Shown in pieces: positions 25,653-39,717 of a stretch of DNA of 64,000 bases. Under the pieces are notes generated by a model. That model had not been told where the DNA came from. It made no database searches and worked only from the letters and a program-made list of their open reading frames with translations. Source of the stretch: Antedon mediterranea. Its lineage: Eukaryota > Animalia > Echinodermata. A program made the translations under genes and the position numbers. Position 1 is the first letter of the stretch; the number at the start of each line of letters is the position of its first letter. The DNA lies in NCBI RefSeq assembly GCF_964355755.1, contig NC_092679.1, positions 6,788,201-6,852,200 of the forward strand, written 5' to 3'.

Positions 25653-27936
25653 ACATTTTTGGATTTTTATACCTCTTCTTAAATGCACAGTTTCTTCCTG
25701 CATGATACACCTATATATTAGTAACTTTTATTGTTCTTTAAATGTGAAGCCAGGAATACATGCATATCCAGTCCTAAAATACCAAGTGTGCTCTGTGATG
25801 GAGATTTCGGAAATACAGTAAAAACATAGAAGTTTATAAGGGTATAGAATACTAGACTATGACAACAAGCATCAATTAACTACCACTAGCAATGGTTCAC
25901 ACAGAAGCTGAAAATAGCTAAATATTTTGTACATTGAAAGTTGTTCATGATTGGTTCACATCAAAGTTCCAGGGTTTACTTTGTACACATCATACATTAG
26001 ATTTGAAAACTTCCATTATGTGTGACCAAAGTAGTACCGGTAGTTTAAAATAGAGGTTGGGATTTTTTGTGTGATCAAGGTAGAAAATCATGAACAGACA
26101 CAGTATTAATAGTTTAAAAAAAGTTTCATTTTAGCTGTTAAATTGTCCTGGAGCTGTATGTAAATTAATAACACTATGTTTCCCCAATCAAAAACCAATA
26201 GTTAATCAATAAACAATTAACCGATATATTTAACCAATAACAATTAACTGATATTTAACTGATAACAATCGAGACAACCGATAAAACTGCCTGTGGAAAC
26301 GGCGTTCTAACCGATTCCACTTGAGAAAAATTAACCGATAAAATGATTTCATATAAATCAGATAATTATTCAATAAATGCGATCATTTTTAACCTTTAAC
26401 CTGAAGGACAAATTGTTGCGATAGGATTGGGTATCTAGTTGTTTGATAATGACTGATCATGCACACTTTATTGGTTAAAAATTAAATTTTTGTTTTGGCT
26501 GCGGAAACATGGCATATAACAAGGCCAATATTCAAGAAGAAGTTTTTGAGCTTTTTCTATACTTAAAAATATAAACAAACACAACAAATAAAAAGAAAAC
26601 TGGTACAGTATATGCAATATATTCATGTGAATTTCTTTATTAAAAATATCCAAATTACATTTAACCAAATCTGAGAGCAGATGATAATTTATTGTATTTA
26701 TCAAACTGAAGCAAATTCAGAAATGGAATTATTATTCAAGTTAATGTCTGCCTGACGCACAACCTTCACAAAAGTTGTTAAGCTTGACAATCAAGTGGAA
26801 AGTCATCGCATTTGTCAAACTGACGCTGAAATTGAATCCGTAATTTTGGACTTATCTACCTGTGGCGATTTCAGGTTTATTTTTTACTTGCTGAAGAGAT
26901 TGATATTGTTGAGTACCAGTATTAAGCAAACAACCAGAGGTGTATTATTTATCTACAGAGTAGGACATTAAGTTGTTGAAATAGGTATTTTCAACTGTAA
27001 TACATAACATACATTTTGTGTGATAGAGAGACTAGTATATGAAGCCAAATTTGACATTCTTCTCAACATATAGAGGGTCTACTATTACGTTTGATATAAT
27101 ATGATAATTAGAAAACTAACTCTGAAAAAAAAGTGAAGACAACCAATTATGTTTTATATTATGAATATATCATTTTGTAAAATTATAAATATTAAACAGA
27201 CAGAGAAACTAATATTTCTAACTGTATAAATGGTAAAATAATGTGCAAATTATAAAATAAAACAATTGAGAACTCCTTCATAATAAAACAAGTTTTTGGG
27301 AAAGAGATGAAATTCCTAATTCATCAAAATGAATATTATATTATAGAATTGAACATAATTGTTATATATAAAACAAGACAAAATCATCATTATAAAAATT
27401 ACAATAGTTACTTTTATATATTATAGAAATATTATTGCTAATTTTTCTGCTGTTTTACATTATTGTTTTGATTTAGGGTTTTACCAGGGAAGAGTTAAAT
27501 TAAAATTGTAATTTAACTCTTCCCTGGTTTTATTTATTATATTTTGTATCTCCATTGAGATCCAGCCACTGATGATACCCACAGTATCGTCATTTTGTAT
27601 CTCCATTGAGATCCAGCCACTGATGATACCCACAGCATCGTCATTTTTCAATAATTTGCATTTGGATTTACATGTAGATTTTTTTATATTTTGAAATCAC
27701 GAGTTTAGCGACTTCATGTTATTATTAGTTGAGGTGTATTTTATAATTTTACTAGTAGACACAGGTATAAAATCTTAATTTTTACAGAGTATTCTCTTAC
27801 TAATGGAGACAAGATGACGTCTAGAAATAAAGGAGACATTGTTCAGAAAACAATTCGTTGAAATGTTATCTATAATTATTTATAATTTACTATAAAAAAA
27901 TAAAATCGTGGTTACACGTCTTCCTTTCGTGCCTAG

Positions 27937-28150
27937 CTTACCTGGATAAACCGACAATAGCCCTTTCTCCTCGAAGAGGGAGATATAACTCGAAAAGTAG
28001 AAATGATGATGGTGGTTTGTAGAGAGGCTCACATAGCATAGTTCATGGACTATACCATTTGTGGAGAGGGGTGTTCAATGAGAATTTCTACTTTTGAGTT
28101 ATATCTCGCTCTTCGATTAGAAAGGGCTATTGTCGGTTTATCCGGGTAAG
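27937..28150. mobile_element. MITE with ~66-bp TIRs
   Basis: CTTACCTGGATAAACCGACAATAGCCCTTTCT.. is the inverse of ..AGAAAGGGCTATTGTCGGTTTATCCGGGTAAG. Confidence 0.8.
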
Positions 28151-29104
28151 GTTCACACTCATAGATTTCCAACGGCACTGTTGGTTTGTGTAATTGTATT
28201 TAGAATATTAATCGTTTGTCTCTATTACATTTAATTAATCAGAATGATATTAAATATGCCTGGAATTTTAAGATCACAAACATTTGGTCTCAATTTAGTA
28301 TTAAAAATAAAGTGCATATTCACTTTGGTATTATAAGTGCTGTGCCCTTCTTGATTTTGGTTGTCGTTCTCATAGGCCTACCTGACTTCCACACCTTCCC
28401 AACCAAAAGCAATCGTGTACTTTAATATTGTTAAAATTGTTCAATCAGTACCTGAATCAATATTTCTTTTCCAGAATAATTTCCTCGATGGATTTTCTAG
28501 ATTTGCACATCAGATCACTTAATACAGAAAGTACTATACTGATAAATTCACAATAATTTTAGCTCGTATAAAAAAAATTGTGCATGAGTGTAGGCCTAAT
28601 ACATGTACTATACTATCGTAAGACTCTTTTAGAATTGGGTTTCTTTAGTAAGTATACACAAAACTAAACTTGTTTTCCACTCTATATGTAAATCTATTTG
28701 CACGATTTAAACATTCTTGAGCTCAGATTGTGTGCGCATTTGTTTCTTGCAAAAAGTCAAGTGAATGGATACGCATAATAAATTTGCTCAATGAAAAACA
28801 GGCGAAAGTTTCTCCATAAATTTATATTGAAAGTTATAAATAAAATAAAGTATGATCAATTCGAATTCTCAGTTTATTGGCTCGTTACTACAACTAATGA
28901 GCGACAGTAAATCTTAAACATTTCTCAATGTTGTAACAGTATTACATATAAAAGAACAAACTAAATCATGACTGTGTATGTGTCTTCTGATAACATTGTA
29001 ATATTTATAAACATGTTAGTATTCATCGAATGTTATTATTACTAAATTATATTACATTATTCACTCTATTCTATACATATGTTATGATATTATGATAATG
29101 TATT

Positions 29105-29272
29105 CTGTGATAGGGAGTCATGTACAAGATGTTCTTCCCAACTTACACTGTGATAGGGAGTCATGTACAAGATGTTCTTCCCAACTTACACTGGGATAAG
29201 GAGTCATGTACAAGATGTTCTTCCCAACTTACACTGGGATAGGGAGTCATGTACAAGATGTTCTTCCCAACT
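29105..29272. repeat. Tandem repeat, 43-bp unit, 4 copies, with an inverted partial copy at ~29352-29372
   Basis: Unit CTGTGATAGGGAGTCATGTACAAGATGTTCTTCCCAACTTACA. Confidence 0.9.
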
Positions 29273-29897
29273 CTAATGTAAACTCTCAAATACATTAAGA
29301 ATATAGTAGGATTTTCAATTGAGATTCTCAATGTATTTGGTACACGTCACAGTTGGGAAAAACATCTTCCTACGTAGTATTCTGTATATATAAATGTAGA
29401 TGTTATTCTTGCATTTCAATGTATGAAATTTAATAATAGGATTAGTTTAAATGTTTTAGAATTACAACGTCATTTTATCTCGGATCAAATTTAATATTTA
29501 ATCCGTACAGAACTTATATATCTTTTAATTTTGTATTTGTAACAATCGAGTGTTAGACAGTTTGTTTTGCAGTACTACCTAAAATAAAGTAATTCTCTAC
29601 ATTATACTTATATTATATTTATGTATATATAAATAGCAATAGGTTTCCACATCAGATCGGTTACAGTTATTGGACTCGTTCGGCAGTGATCGGGTGGTAA
29701 TTTACCCGCTCGACAGGATACGAACGACCATGGACGTTGAATTTGGATAACAAAATTGACCCATGTCGTAAATGTGTAATACTGAATTGTCTCATGATTC
29801 TTCATTTTGGGTCGTTGTATGTCCACACTGACCCTGGATGTCAGCCTGGTGACCGAATAACAAGTGTGTAAAGGCCCCTTTACACTAGGGCGACAAC

Positions 29898-30211
29898 GAT
29901 CGACGATAAATAGATAAACATATATTTTTCTTGCATAAAACAAAAGAAATTAGAACAGTTTCCGTTTTAGAACTATAAGATAATCATTTATGCTGTATTT
30001 GATAAAAATAATATTTTTTTAAATCCAATCAAATGTATTGTCACGATAGTATTGCTCTTACCAATCATGACGTCATTTGATTGGACGTGTGGAAACATTA
30101 TTTTCATCAAAGGCAGCATAGATGATAATCCTATAGTTCTAGAATGAAAACTTTTCAAAATTCTTTGTTTTAGGTATGAAAAAAACCATATTTATCTTTT
30201 TATCGTCGATC
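29898..30211. mobile_element. Palindromic MITE (~310 bp)
   Basis: GATCGACGATAAA..TAGAACTATAAGATAATCAT mirrored by ATGATAATCCTATAGTTCTA..TTTATCGTCGATC. Confidence 0.75.
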
Positions 30212-33200
30212 AACGTTTAAGAATCTCACCGTTCACACACGCATCGGATTCCGAACGCAAACGTCAGAAAACCGTACTGGTAACGCACACCGGAGTTTCA
30301 TTACTTTGCATTGTCATCCAGGGTTTGATTTATTCACATACAGTGCCGTACTACTACACCTGTTAACCAGATAATTATGTTTCTATTTTATTTGTTTCAC
30401 TATTTAAAAATGTAAAACACAATAATGGTCATTTTGTCTATTATATGGGTATTGCACTCTTTAAAACACATTATAATTACATGGATCCCGTAATCTTGTT
30501 TTTTTTTTCTTTATGATAGTGTTTTCTTATACTTTAAAACGTGCTAAATACAAGTGTACAATGTACCATGTTTGCGCAATGTTAGAATCTTTCTGTTTTT
30601 ATTATCCTCGTAAACTTGCAAGCAATCAACTATTCCTGTATTACTACACGACTCGAGACGTCCTGACAGAAAACAAATTACTACTCTATATTCTTGAGTC
30701 AAAGGTGAACATAATTAGTATGCACAATTTTAAGTCACTTGCTATGAATTCTTGATGAAAAATATATTAGTTTTGAAACAGAGTGATTTCAAATTCGAAT
30801 ACTATGAGTCGGCTATATCTTAATTCTATGTTATGGGAACGGTTGTAATTTGATGTAGCTTGATGGACCATGTATTGTCCTTATTGTTTCTATGTTTTGT
30901 TGGTTAAATTATGCGTGCACTGTATCAACAACAGAGAAAAAAAAAATTAAGAAAGCTTGGTTAACTGTAAATATCTGAAATTAGAAACGTTTGTGCATGA
31001 ATATAGTATGAGTTTCTAACGCTTCCACACGACTTCAACAAACTAATGTCAGTAATTGTACAGACGCGCGCAAACATTGTTTAAAGATAATTATATTGTA
31101 CTCCTGAAAAATATGTTGTTAATAATGTTGTTGTTGAATATGTCATTTTAATGTCATATAATTCTTAAATTGTCTATCAGACAATGAATTTTGGTTAAAA
31201 TTTACCGTTTATTTTGTCTTTTAATAAGTGAAATAATACTTTTTTGGTTTTTTCTTCCACAGAAGAAAAAAAAATTCCAAATGGCCTATCTTAATTTTCC
31301 ATGTACTGTATTTGGTGGACATACATCTTTAAAATGTTGAGGCCTTAGCAGTTTTGTTTTTATAATAAAAAAAACAGGTAGCATAGGAAAGAGATTCAGT
31401 TCATTAGATTCCTCAAAATAATCTGATATAATTATAAGTACGTTGACATCGATCGTGTCCATTTTTCATCTAGTTTATTGTCTGGATGATATTTATAATG
31501 TTTATATTATTTATGTTATATGTTTTGTTGAAATCAGACATAAACACCAATCAATGCCGTCAATAATGATATCGCCGCAAGCGCAAGCTCTTATTTATAG
31601 ACAATGCACTCGACTCCTAAAATAATCTCGTAACCAGGTATTACGAGGTGAAATGTGTTGTTTTATAATTCAAATGAAATCTTACAAACAAAACCAATGC
31701 AAGTATTTGAAGAAGAATGAATGCTTCGAACAAATGACGCAAATCTAAATAAGACTTTTAATCTAGGCTAAATAATATTAATGCTAGTGTTATTACTTTC
31801 GAATGTTAAGAACTGGTAAATGTAAGTACAAGGAAATAGAACTCCACTTAAAAGCTGAATAATTCGCAATCTTAAACCTTTTAGCCAACAGACGCTCTCG
31901 TAAAATTACATAGCTTGGTAAGGAGATCATTTCTTAAACTTAATTGACATGTCATCTTACAATGACGCTTGATACATTACGCGTCATGCCGGGTAGGCAT
32001 TTTATTATTACTGTCAGTTATACAATTATTAAAAGGTCCTTCACCTAATCTATTTAGCTCTCCTAAAACCTGCGCACTACGTGAACGCGCATTATTCTCT
32101 CTTCCCAATAGAGCAATCACGTGACGCAAGTGTGCCCAATATTTTTTTAGTAGCATACTAACCAACGTTTAATAGGTTAACATCATCAAATGTTGCCTCG
32201 CATGCGACACTCGTACTCGTAAAATACAGATATATGTATTGATGAAACAACAAGCAGTGAAAGTCTACTCGAAAATTATAACAATACACGCGATTGCTTT
32301 CATAAACGCTATATGCCTTGATCGAAATGTGCACCACCCTCTCTAATAGTTTCCGTCATAGGCCGTTTTTCCGCACCCATAACAAAATTATCCGATAATT
32401 ATTTAAAAACAAGGTCATATACATGGCTGCAGTCGCGTGCGCAAATTTGAGTTAGTGTTTACCGACCGACCGACCAACCAACCGGCATAGTGTGCATGAT
32501 CAGACATTACCGCACAACCAAGAGCCCAATCACAATGCAACGATTTGTCCTTCAGGTCAAAGGTTCCAGATTATCTCATTTATCCGTTAATTTGAATTAA
32601 GTGGAATCGGTTAACGTTAAACACCGTTTCCACAGGCAGTTTATCGGTTATTTTTTTGCTGCGGAAACATGGCCATAGAGAAGTAGGCTTATTTAACCGG
32701 ACTATGATATGGTAGTCCGCTCGACTAAAACGTTTCTAGTTTTTACCTGGGAACAAAGGCTGATTTAACTGGATATGTTCTATGCTAACTTTTTGTATTA
32801 GTACACTTGTTATTGATATTGGAATTATAATTTGATAATTAACAAAGTTTTATGAGATTGTATCAAATATAAAATGTTGTCCTATAGGAATAGACTAATT
32901 GAACGTTGATATCATCTCCTATTAAAATATTTATAACCTGACTATCATATTTTAATTGATAACAAGAGGTGATACAGTCCGATGTTCTAGCATTTACATC
33001 TTCATGTCGTACAACTACTCGTAACATTTTTTCTCAACTTTCTATCATCTAAAGTCGTAGTTAGTCATGCCTCGGGTCACATTCTATGGTCTCCGTACAG
33101 GTAGGCTACTACATCAGTACTTCTATGAATGGATGACTAGCCGGTGACAATAACGCTAGTTGGTCATACACAGTACCGTTTTTGATTTTACGATCATTCG

Positions 33201-34573
33201 GGAAACCACCTCACGACGTTAGGATACAAGGACATTGCAAATACATGGTATGCTGCCTGATATACAGTGGGTTATAATAGTATTTCCTGCGCAGATGTCA
33301 CCCAGTTATACAGATAACTTATTTTTCAAGTCTTACATCGTAGACGTGTAAACAAAATCAACTGGATATAGCGACGATTATGTTTCATAGAATATTATGT
33401 TAGGGACTTTCCCATTCGCCGCGAGAACGATGTTATTTGCTTGGTTCCCTCTAGAGAGGACGTAACGCAACGTAATTGATTTGACAAATCACAAGAGGCA
33501 ATTGCGCAGTTCACTGCGATACTTATTTTGCTTCGTACACTCATTGATGTCAGCTTAATCTTAGGTAATCGAAAAGTTCCCGCTAATGCACAGAAGTATT
33601 GTACAGAAACCGTTAATGCGATAAGTATAAACATCTAGATCATATAACACACAGTTGAAAGAAGCTACTAAAGTGCCATAACATGTTATTTCAAAGTAAA
33701 TTAGTACTACAGCCTATCAATCATAGTTCATACGAATGAGAGTAGTCTGGGTTTTATATTATTTTATATTTTGGCACATATGGCCTTTCATACGTATACT
33801 ACTTGAGTTTAAAAATCGAAAAACAAATAAATAAAAAAAGACATGGGGCAAGTCTAGATTGAGGGTAGCCTATAACTTTTTGGATACACTCATATCCTAG
33901 CCAAAGACATGAGCCCAACGCCAGTGATTTGACCAATCACAAGCGATAGATTATTCAAACTATCGCGTGTCATTGGTCACATAAAGTTTGACAGTGCAGA
34001 CAGAGCTTTAGATTTCATTTTAAAATAAAATATTTTCAGTCAGACTGTCCTTGATGGTATTCACAGTTTATGTCACTTTTACTTACTGTCATGCTTTAGT
34101 ATTATTGGCGACAAAGATAGATGAAAACCATTTTTATATTCCATCAATAATCCTGTTATTAATGGTAATGGAAAGGGATTAATACCAGCTTATAAATCCA
34201 CTAGATCAATTAATATGATAGTACTAACGGCAATTTTAATGAAGATGTACTTACGGAGATGATGAATAAATTATGCCGCGAACAATTTAAATTGTAATCT
34301 TCTTATGCGATTACAAAAAAAAAATCATCTAAGCGTTTATGCAAATGTTCACAATTTTGATCAGTAACCCAGAGGATGTTTACTTTGAGACATTTATTTT
34401 GACTTCACTATACAGCCGAAAGTAGTCAATATTTGTTTAAGTTCGATATACATGTAAAGTTGTAAAGGCAAACCATGGTCGTGTCCTATCATTGCTGTCA
34501 TGTATTGTCTTGTCAGCGGAATCATGGGGCTCGTTCACACTTAGTAATTTACCCGGGTAAGGAAAGCTTGGTT

Positions 34574-34852
34574 AGCTTGGTTCCCACTAGAACGTAACGC
34601 AAGGACGTAAACGCAACGCAAGCGTTTTAACCAATGACAAGCGAAGTTATAGACAGTTAGAAATCACAAGCGAATAAGCCATCGCTTGTGATTGGTCAAT
34701 TAAGTTGCGTTGCGTTGCGTTGCGTTACGTCCTTGTGTTTAGTCGCTAGTGGGAACCACGCTTTAGTGACCGTCAAACTGTCGCTTGTCATAGGTCAACA
34801 AGCTTGTGTTGCGTTTACGTCCTTGCGTTGCGTCCTAGTGGGAACCAACCTT
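34574..34852. mobile_element. MITE family B (Harbinger-like). Other copies ~51004-51330, 59911-60064, ~60575-60725
   Basis: AGCTTGGTTCCCACTAG..CTAGTGGGAACCAA termini with internal ACGCAACGCAA / TTGCGTTGCGT and CCAATGACAAGCG motifs. Confidence 0.75.
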
Positions 34853-35029
34853 GAGTCTCAACTTGTAACTAATTTTTTTAAATATGCATCGCTAATATAC
34901 TATTACAACTAGCTATTGTCATTTCTTCTTATGAAGATCATCGTCAAAGATAATTTTGTCATTAAATCTATTTAAAACACCATTTATGCTTTATAACCAA
35001 TTTTTTTTTATTATTGCAAGCCATTGTTT

Positions 35030-36516
35030 TCATTTATCTATACTCTTTGAACTACGTTTCTTTCTGGAACATTTTCTATGGTTGCGTTTGCTGCCGTAAG
35101 GCCTACACGAGCCGACAGAATGCGGTTCAGACCACGCCCTTGACGCGCGTCGCATGCCGTGCGATTGGTGGTGTTGCGATTGCATTTCTTGAGTTGGCTC
35201 AACATCTTTTGGCTTGATTTCTTTTTGATATAATATTTTTCCAATTTCAGGGAAACGAATAACAGTCACGTGTGTATCTGCTTGTTTTTCTTTAAGTTTC
35301 TCTTGTGCGTGCTTCAACATCTTCATTTTACGACTAGAACCTTTTTCATGTGTCAAACGGTGTTTTTCTTTTAACTCAATCCCGGTCACATTGAGTGGAG
35401 TTGTCCCAGGAGATAGAGATCTTTTATTCTTCTTGTTCGACCTGGTTACACTTTCAGTAGTTACTGAACCATCGCTATATTTTTGGAATTCTTTTTTATG
35501 ATCTTCAATCGCAATAAGGGAATTCTCTACTTTTTTTTTCTGACGGTTTAATATCGTCTGCGTGACCACGCGCTGACCATCAATTCGTTTGACCAACAAA
35601 TCCAGGCGCGCCTTTTCAACGTCATTCAACACGGATGTCCTATTGTTTGTTCGTCTTCTCTGTTTGATAATTGCGTCGAACTTAGCATTGGTAGCAGGTT
35701 CAGAGATTCCGACGTCAACTTGACTCTCACCAGACAGAGAACAAGCTCTAAGCGGATCCAAGTAATTTCCTGAAGAACAAACAACATATACATTATACCA
35801 TTAAAATGATTAGAAATACTTACTAACATTAACAATTTGTTCGACGTTTCACACACTAGGTAGTGTAACGTGAACTGGCGTGCTACGCGCGAGGCGAGTG
35901 ACTGTGCGAAAGGGAAATTTAACAACAGAATTCTGAGCTTCGGAGATCAAAATGTTTATCTGTGGCTGCGACACGATCAGTTCCACATGCCCTTTACCAG
36001 ACACCGCGCGTCGCGGAGAGTAGGCCTATGATGTACAGTCTGTTGATATTTGTCGCAACCAGGCATCAGATCTAAGGACTGTTACTATTTCATATCTTGC
36101 CATGCGAACGAAGTTTTTAATTTCAATGCCGTATTCTACAAATTACAAGAGCAATTATCACCATAGACGTTGAATAGTGCTCAGACCGCCGAATAATTTG
36201 CAACTGCCTCCAGTGTATGTGTAAATCAATACAACATTAGTTGAAGAGCACTTCAATTATCCGCCAATAACTGGAATCGATAATAACAATTTTCTTCACA
36301 CATTATCAAATGTGGATCTAATAATCGATGTTATTTTTTAGTTATGATAAATGTTCCCAGACGCAAGGGAGCAGGTGTCACTGGAATAATAAGTTCATCG
36401 CAAATATAAGTTGATCTCGCGAGGAACGTCATTACAATGCATGATCGAGTACTCTGTTTTAAACTATACAGTCGTATAAGATGGTAGTACAACATACCTG
36501 TATCACCTCCATACAT
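35030..36516 (-). CDS. Uncharacterised basic, coiled-coil-containing protein (~252 aa); exons 36498-36516 and 35030-35769
   Basis: 740-nt open exon in AT-rich DNA preceded by acceptor tgttcttcag; upstream mini-exon ATGTATGGAGGTGATACAG|gtatgt matches its phase 1, giving MYGGDTGNYLDPLRAC... Confidence 0.65.
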
Positions 36517-38406
36517 TTTCCAAACAATGGTCAGTGTCCAAACATTTTATTTATCTATAAAAAAAAAATATATATATAGAAAACTAGGCCCATCATTCGA
36601 CGGTGGAATAATTTTGGGTGGCGAACGAGGTACAACAAATTAAAACCTTAGCCGAGTCCATGTCCTCCTGTAAACTGGGTTGTAAAGAAAATACATGTTA
36701 ATTCATGTACAGTTCCGTACAATATATAGGCCTAGGCCATTTGCGTTAAATGTAGGTGTTCGCAGACAGTTTTACACCGTAATAAAACCCCGAAACATTG
36801 ATGTGTTTAATAATTGAAGTAATGAGACAATCTCAACCTTTTTGGAATCACATGGTGTAGGCCTATCGCAAACCTAACTTTATTAGGGTACAATAAACCC
36901 CATTACGGTGTATATTAAGTAGTACCGTACTCAATTCAATCAGTTTTTTTGATCGTGTCCAAATTAAGAATTAAACTCACGAGGATGTATAGGCCGGTCT
37001 TGTTGAATAGACAAACGTTCCACGAGGTTTTTGAAACTAAAAAGTAAGACTAATGACTTACTAGTAAGATGATGTAGAATGTATAGACCTACATTGATAG
37101 ACAAACATTACCGGAGATATAATCCGTATACTTAATGTACTGTTAGTCATAATGTGGTATGTTGTATCCGTGTAGACACGGTACCATTGAGATGTTGTAA
37201 AATCGTTCACATGGTAACGTTTCAAATAAATACTTAGCCAGGGGTAAAGTGCGGATCATGGGTCGTAAAACACGCTCCAGAAATTGCTAAGTACCGGTAC
37301 GAACAAAGAGTGAATACAGAATCGGAACAGCATAGTACCCCCGCTGAGATATTGTTTGACGTAATAAAAAGTTAAGGCAACTATATTAAACAAACATAAT
37401 AATTATATTGATAAGAGCTGCCAATCACAGATTATTCCAACCTCCGCCAGAAGTGGGAGAAAATTAAAGATCAAAAATTGTGATGAAGATCCCCTTTTAT
37501 AGTTTTGACTATGACCATTGACATAAAGTTAGTAAAATTAAAAAAAAGTGGTCCAGAATTGGCCCGATCCTGGTTTAGATTTCTTCCAAAATATTATGAA
37601 GTCATCCGTGACCACACATCTATCTATGGTTTAAATTTGATAAAGATCCGTCTTTTAGTTTTGACATATTATCCTGCTAACAGGCAAACAATAATTAAAA
37701 TGGAGGTGGTCAACCACACAATAATTATGTCCTCTGAAACAGTGCGATAGATTTATAGTTTATTATTCATGAAGAAACATAACATTATTTATTTCTTCAT
37801 GGTATTAAAGACTGTTACTTTGATCACGGAAGTACAGAATAATATAATATTTTATATCTCTGCTTTGATTGGCCATAAAATAATAAGTATGTAAATTTAT
37901 TCCTCCATGATTTGACCAATCATAAGCGACTTCTTAATAATCCAAGACTATACTTGTGTTATGTATTCCTGCGACAGCTCTTGATTTTTCCTGTTTCATC
38001 ACCATTTTAATTTGATTGCAATTTCAATTATAAGCAGTTCTTTTGCTTGCTTCAAACTGATTTTATCTTCTTCTTAATTGCCTACAACACATTTGTTGCC
38101 AAAACAATTAGGCTAACTTCATTTGTTTTACTCAACGTTACGTCATCAATGTCTTTAAAGAGGTAATTGCTTGCTTATAATTACCAAACACTATTGTTCA
38201 CATTGCATAATCACTGAAACCTCAAATTAACTTCGTTATTCTAACTCGTTACTATAGTTTCTCCAGTCTTATAAATTAAACAACTTGAGGAACGGTGCAA
38301 CATTTCTCTATTTACTAAGTCATGTGCCATAGGGTTAACTGTGAACGGCAGTTGATCGGTTGACTTGAAAACAGAAATATATACAGTCCAATCGTACAAC
38401 ATTGAA

Positions 38407-39717
38407 ATGAATTCTGAAGAAATGTTTAACGAAACTGAGACGAGTACGCCAAAGGACACGCATGTTGTACTTATAATCAGTCTGTGGATGATGGCATTAA
38501 TAACGATTTGTGGAAATATTCTTGTGATTGTTGCATGGTGTTTCGACAAGAAAATTAACTACAAACCAGCAAATGTGTTCATTTTGAATCTGTCGATTGC
38601 CGATTTGTTGATTGGACTAATAGTTATGCCTCTAAACATCCTCTTCCTTCAGTATGGCTATTGGGCAACTGGAAGATTCGCTTGCAAGGTTTGGTTGATG
38701 GCAGATTATATATCCAGTCACCAAGGGTTCTTACTTATTGTATTCATTAGTTTGGATCGGTATTGGCTCATCAAAAAAGGTCAAAAGTATAACAGTTTTC
38801 AAACCCATCGCAGAACACAGGTAATGTGTATACTTGGTTGGCTATCAATAATTGCGTTTTATTCCTTGACGGTCTTTGTGTTGTCAGAGGTTAGTACGAA
38901 TACTCTCGCAATTATTCACACATATAAATGCGATTGGAAAACGTCACAGAACGCCTCGATTACGGTAGTGATTGCTATCATATTGTACACACCGTTGGTG
39001 TTTTTGATTTACTTTAACAGTGTTGTATACATTTACATTAAGAAACGTAAATCACGTGGCGTACACGTACGGAATTCAATGATACAAAAAGATTGCAAAG
39101 TCAAAGGCAACCAGTCTAAAGGATTAAAAGGAAGCATGTTGTTAAGCAGCAACAGCAAAAAGAATACACCTACAAGAAAAACCTCCAGAATGGTCGACAG
39201 TCACCGCCCCCAAGAACCTATCACCAATCCACGAAAAAATGACACCATTCAGCAACACGATTTGAAAGTAGAATCGTGTAATGGAACCCATGTAAATACA
39301 TCTACAACCAACACTTGTAGTCAGAATATCAATCCGTTACAACAAAATGGTGACGAACGCAAGTCAATCAAATCAGAGACTTGTAATAGAAATAACGCAT
39401 CTACATCCACATCCAGAATGCAAGGCACTCATCAGCAAGTCCGTTCGAGTCCGAATGCGTTTGTAATGTTAACGAGTTTGGTGTTCGTATTCTGCGTTTG
39501 CTGGTTGCCATTCACGGCTGTGATCACTCTACAGAGCATCTATGGTTGGGGCTGGGTTAGTGATCTAATATGGCAGATAGTTAACATTCTGCTCTGGTCA
39601 AACTCCTTCCTAAATCCATTCCTATACGCATCTAGAAATCCACATTTCAAAAAACATTTTACAAAGTTGTTTTGCCGTCTGAACAGATTTAATAGACTAA
39701 ATGTAGCGGCACAGTAA
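38407..39717 (+). CDS. Intronless class A GPCR of the aminergic type (histamine H3/muscarinic-like)
   Basis: GNILVI (TM1), NLSIAD (TM2), CKVWLMADY with Asp3.32, SLDRY, long third intracellular loop, CWLPF (TM6), NSFLNPFLY (TM7); first ATG at 38407. Confidence 0.92.
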   Translation: MNSEEMFNETETSTPKDTHVVLIISLWMMALITICGNILVIVAWCFDKKINYKPANVFILNLSIADLLIGLIVMPLNILFLQYGYWATGRFACKVWLMADYISSHQGFLLIVFISLDRYWLIKKGQKYNSFQTHRRTQVMCILGWLSIIAFYSLTVFVLSEVSTNTLAIIHTYKCDWKTSQNASITVVIAIILYTPLVFLIYFNSVVYIYIKKRKSRGVHVRNSMIQKDCKVKGNQSKGLKGSMLLSSNSKKNTPTRKTSRMVDSHRPQEPITNPRKNDTIQQHDLKVESCNGTHVNTSTTNTCSQNINPLQQNGDERKSIKSETCNRNNASTSTSRMQGTHQQVRSSPNAFVMLTSLVFVFCVCWLPFTAVITLQSIYGWGWVSDLIWQIVNILLWSNSFLNPFLYASRNPHFKKHFTKLFCRLNRFNRLNVAAQ

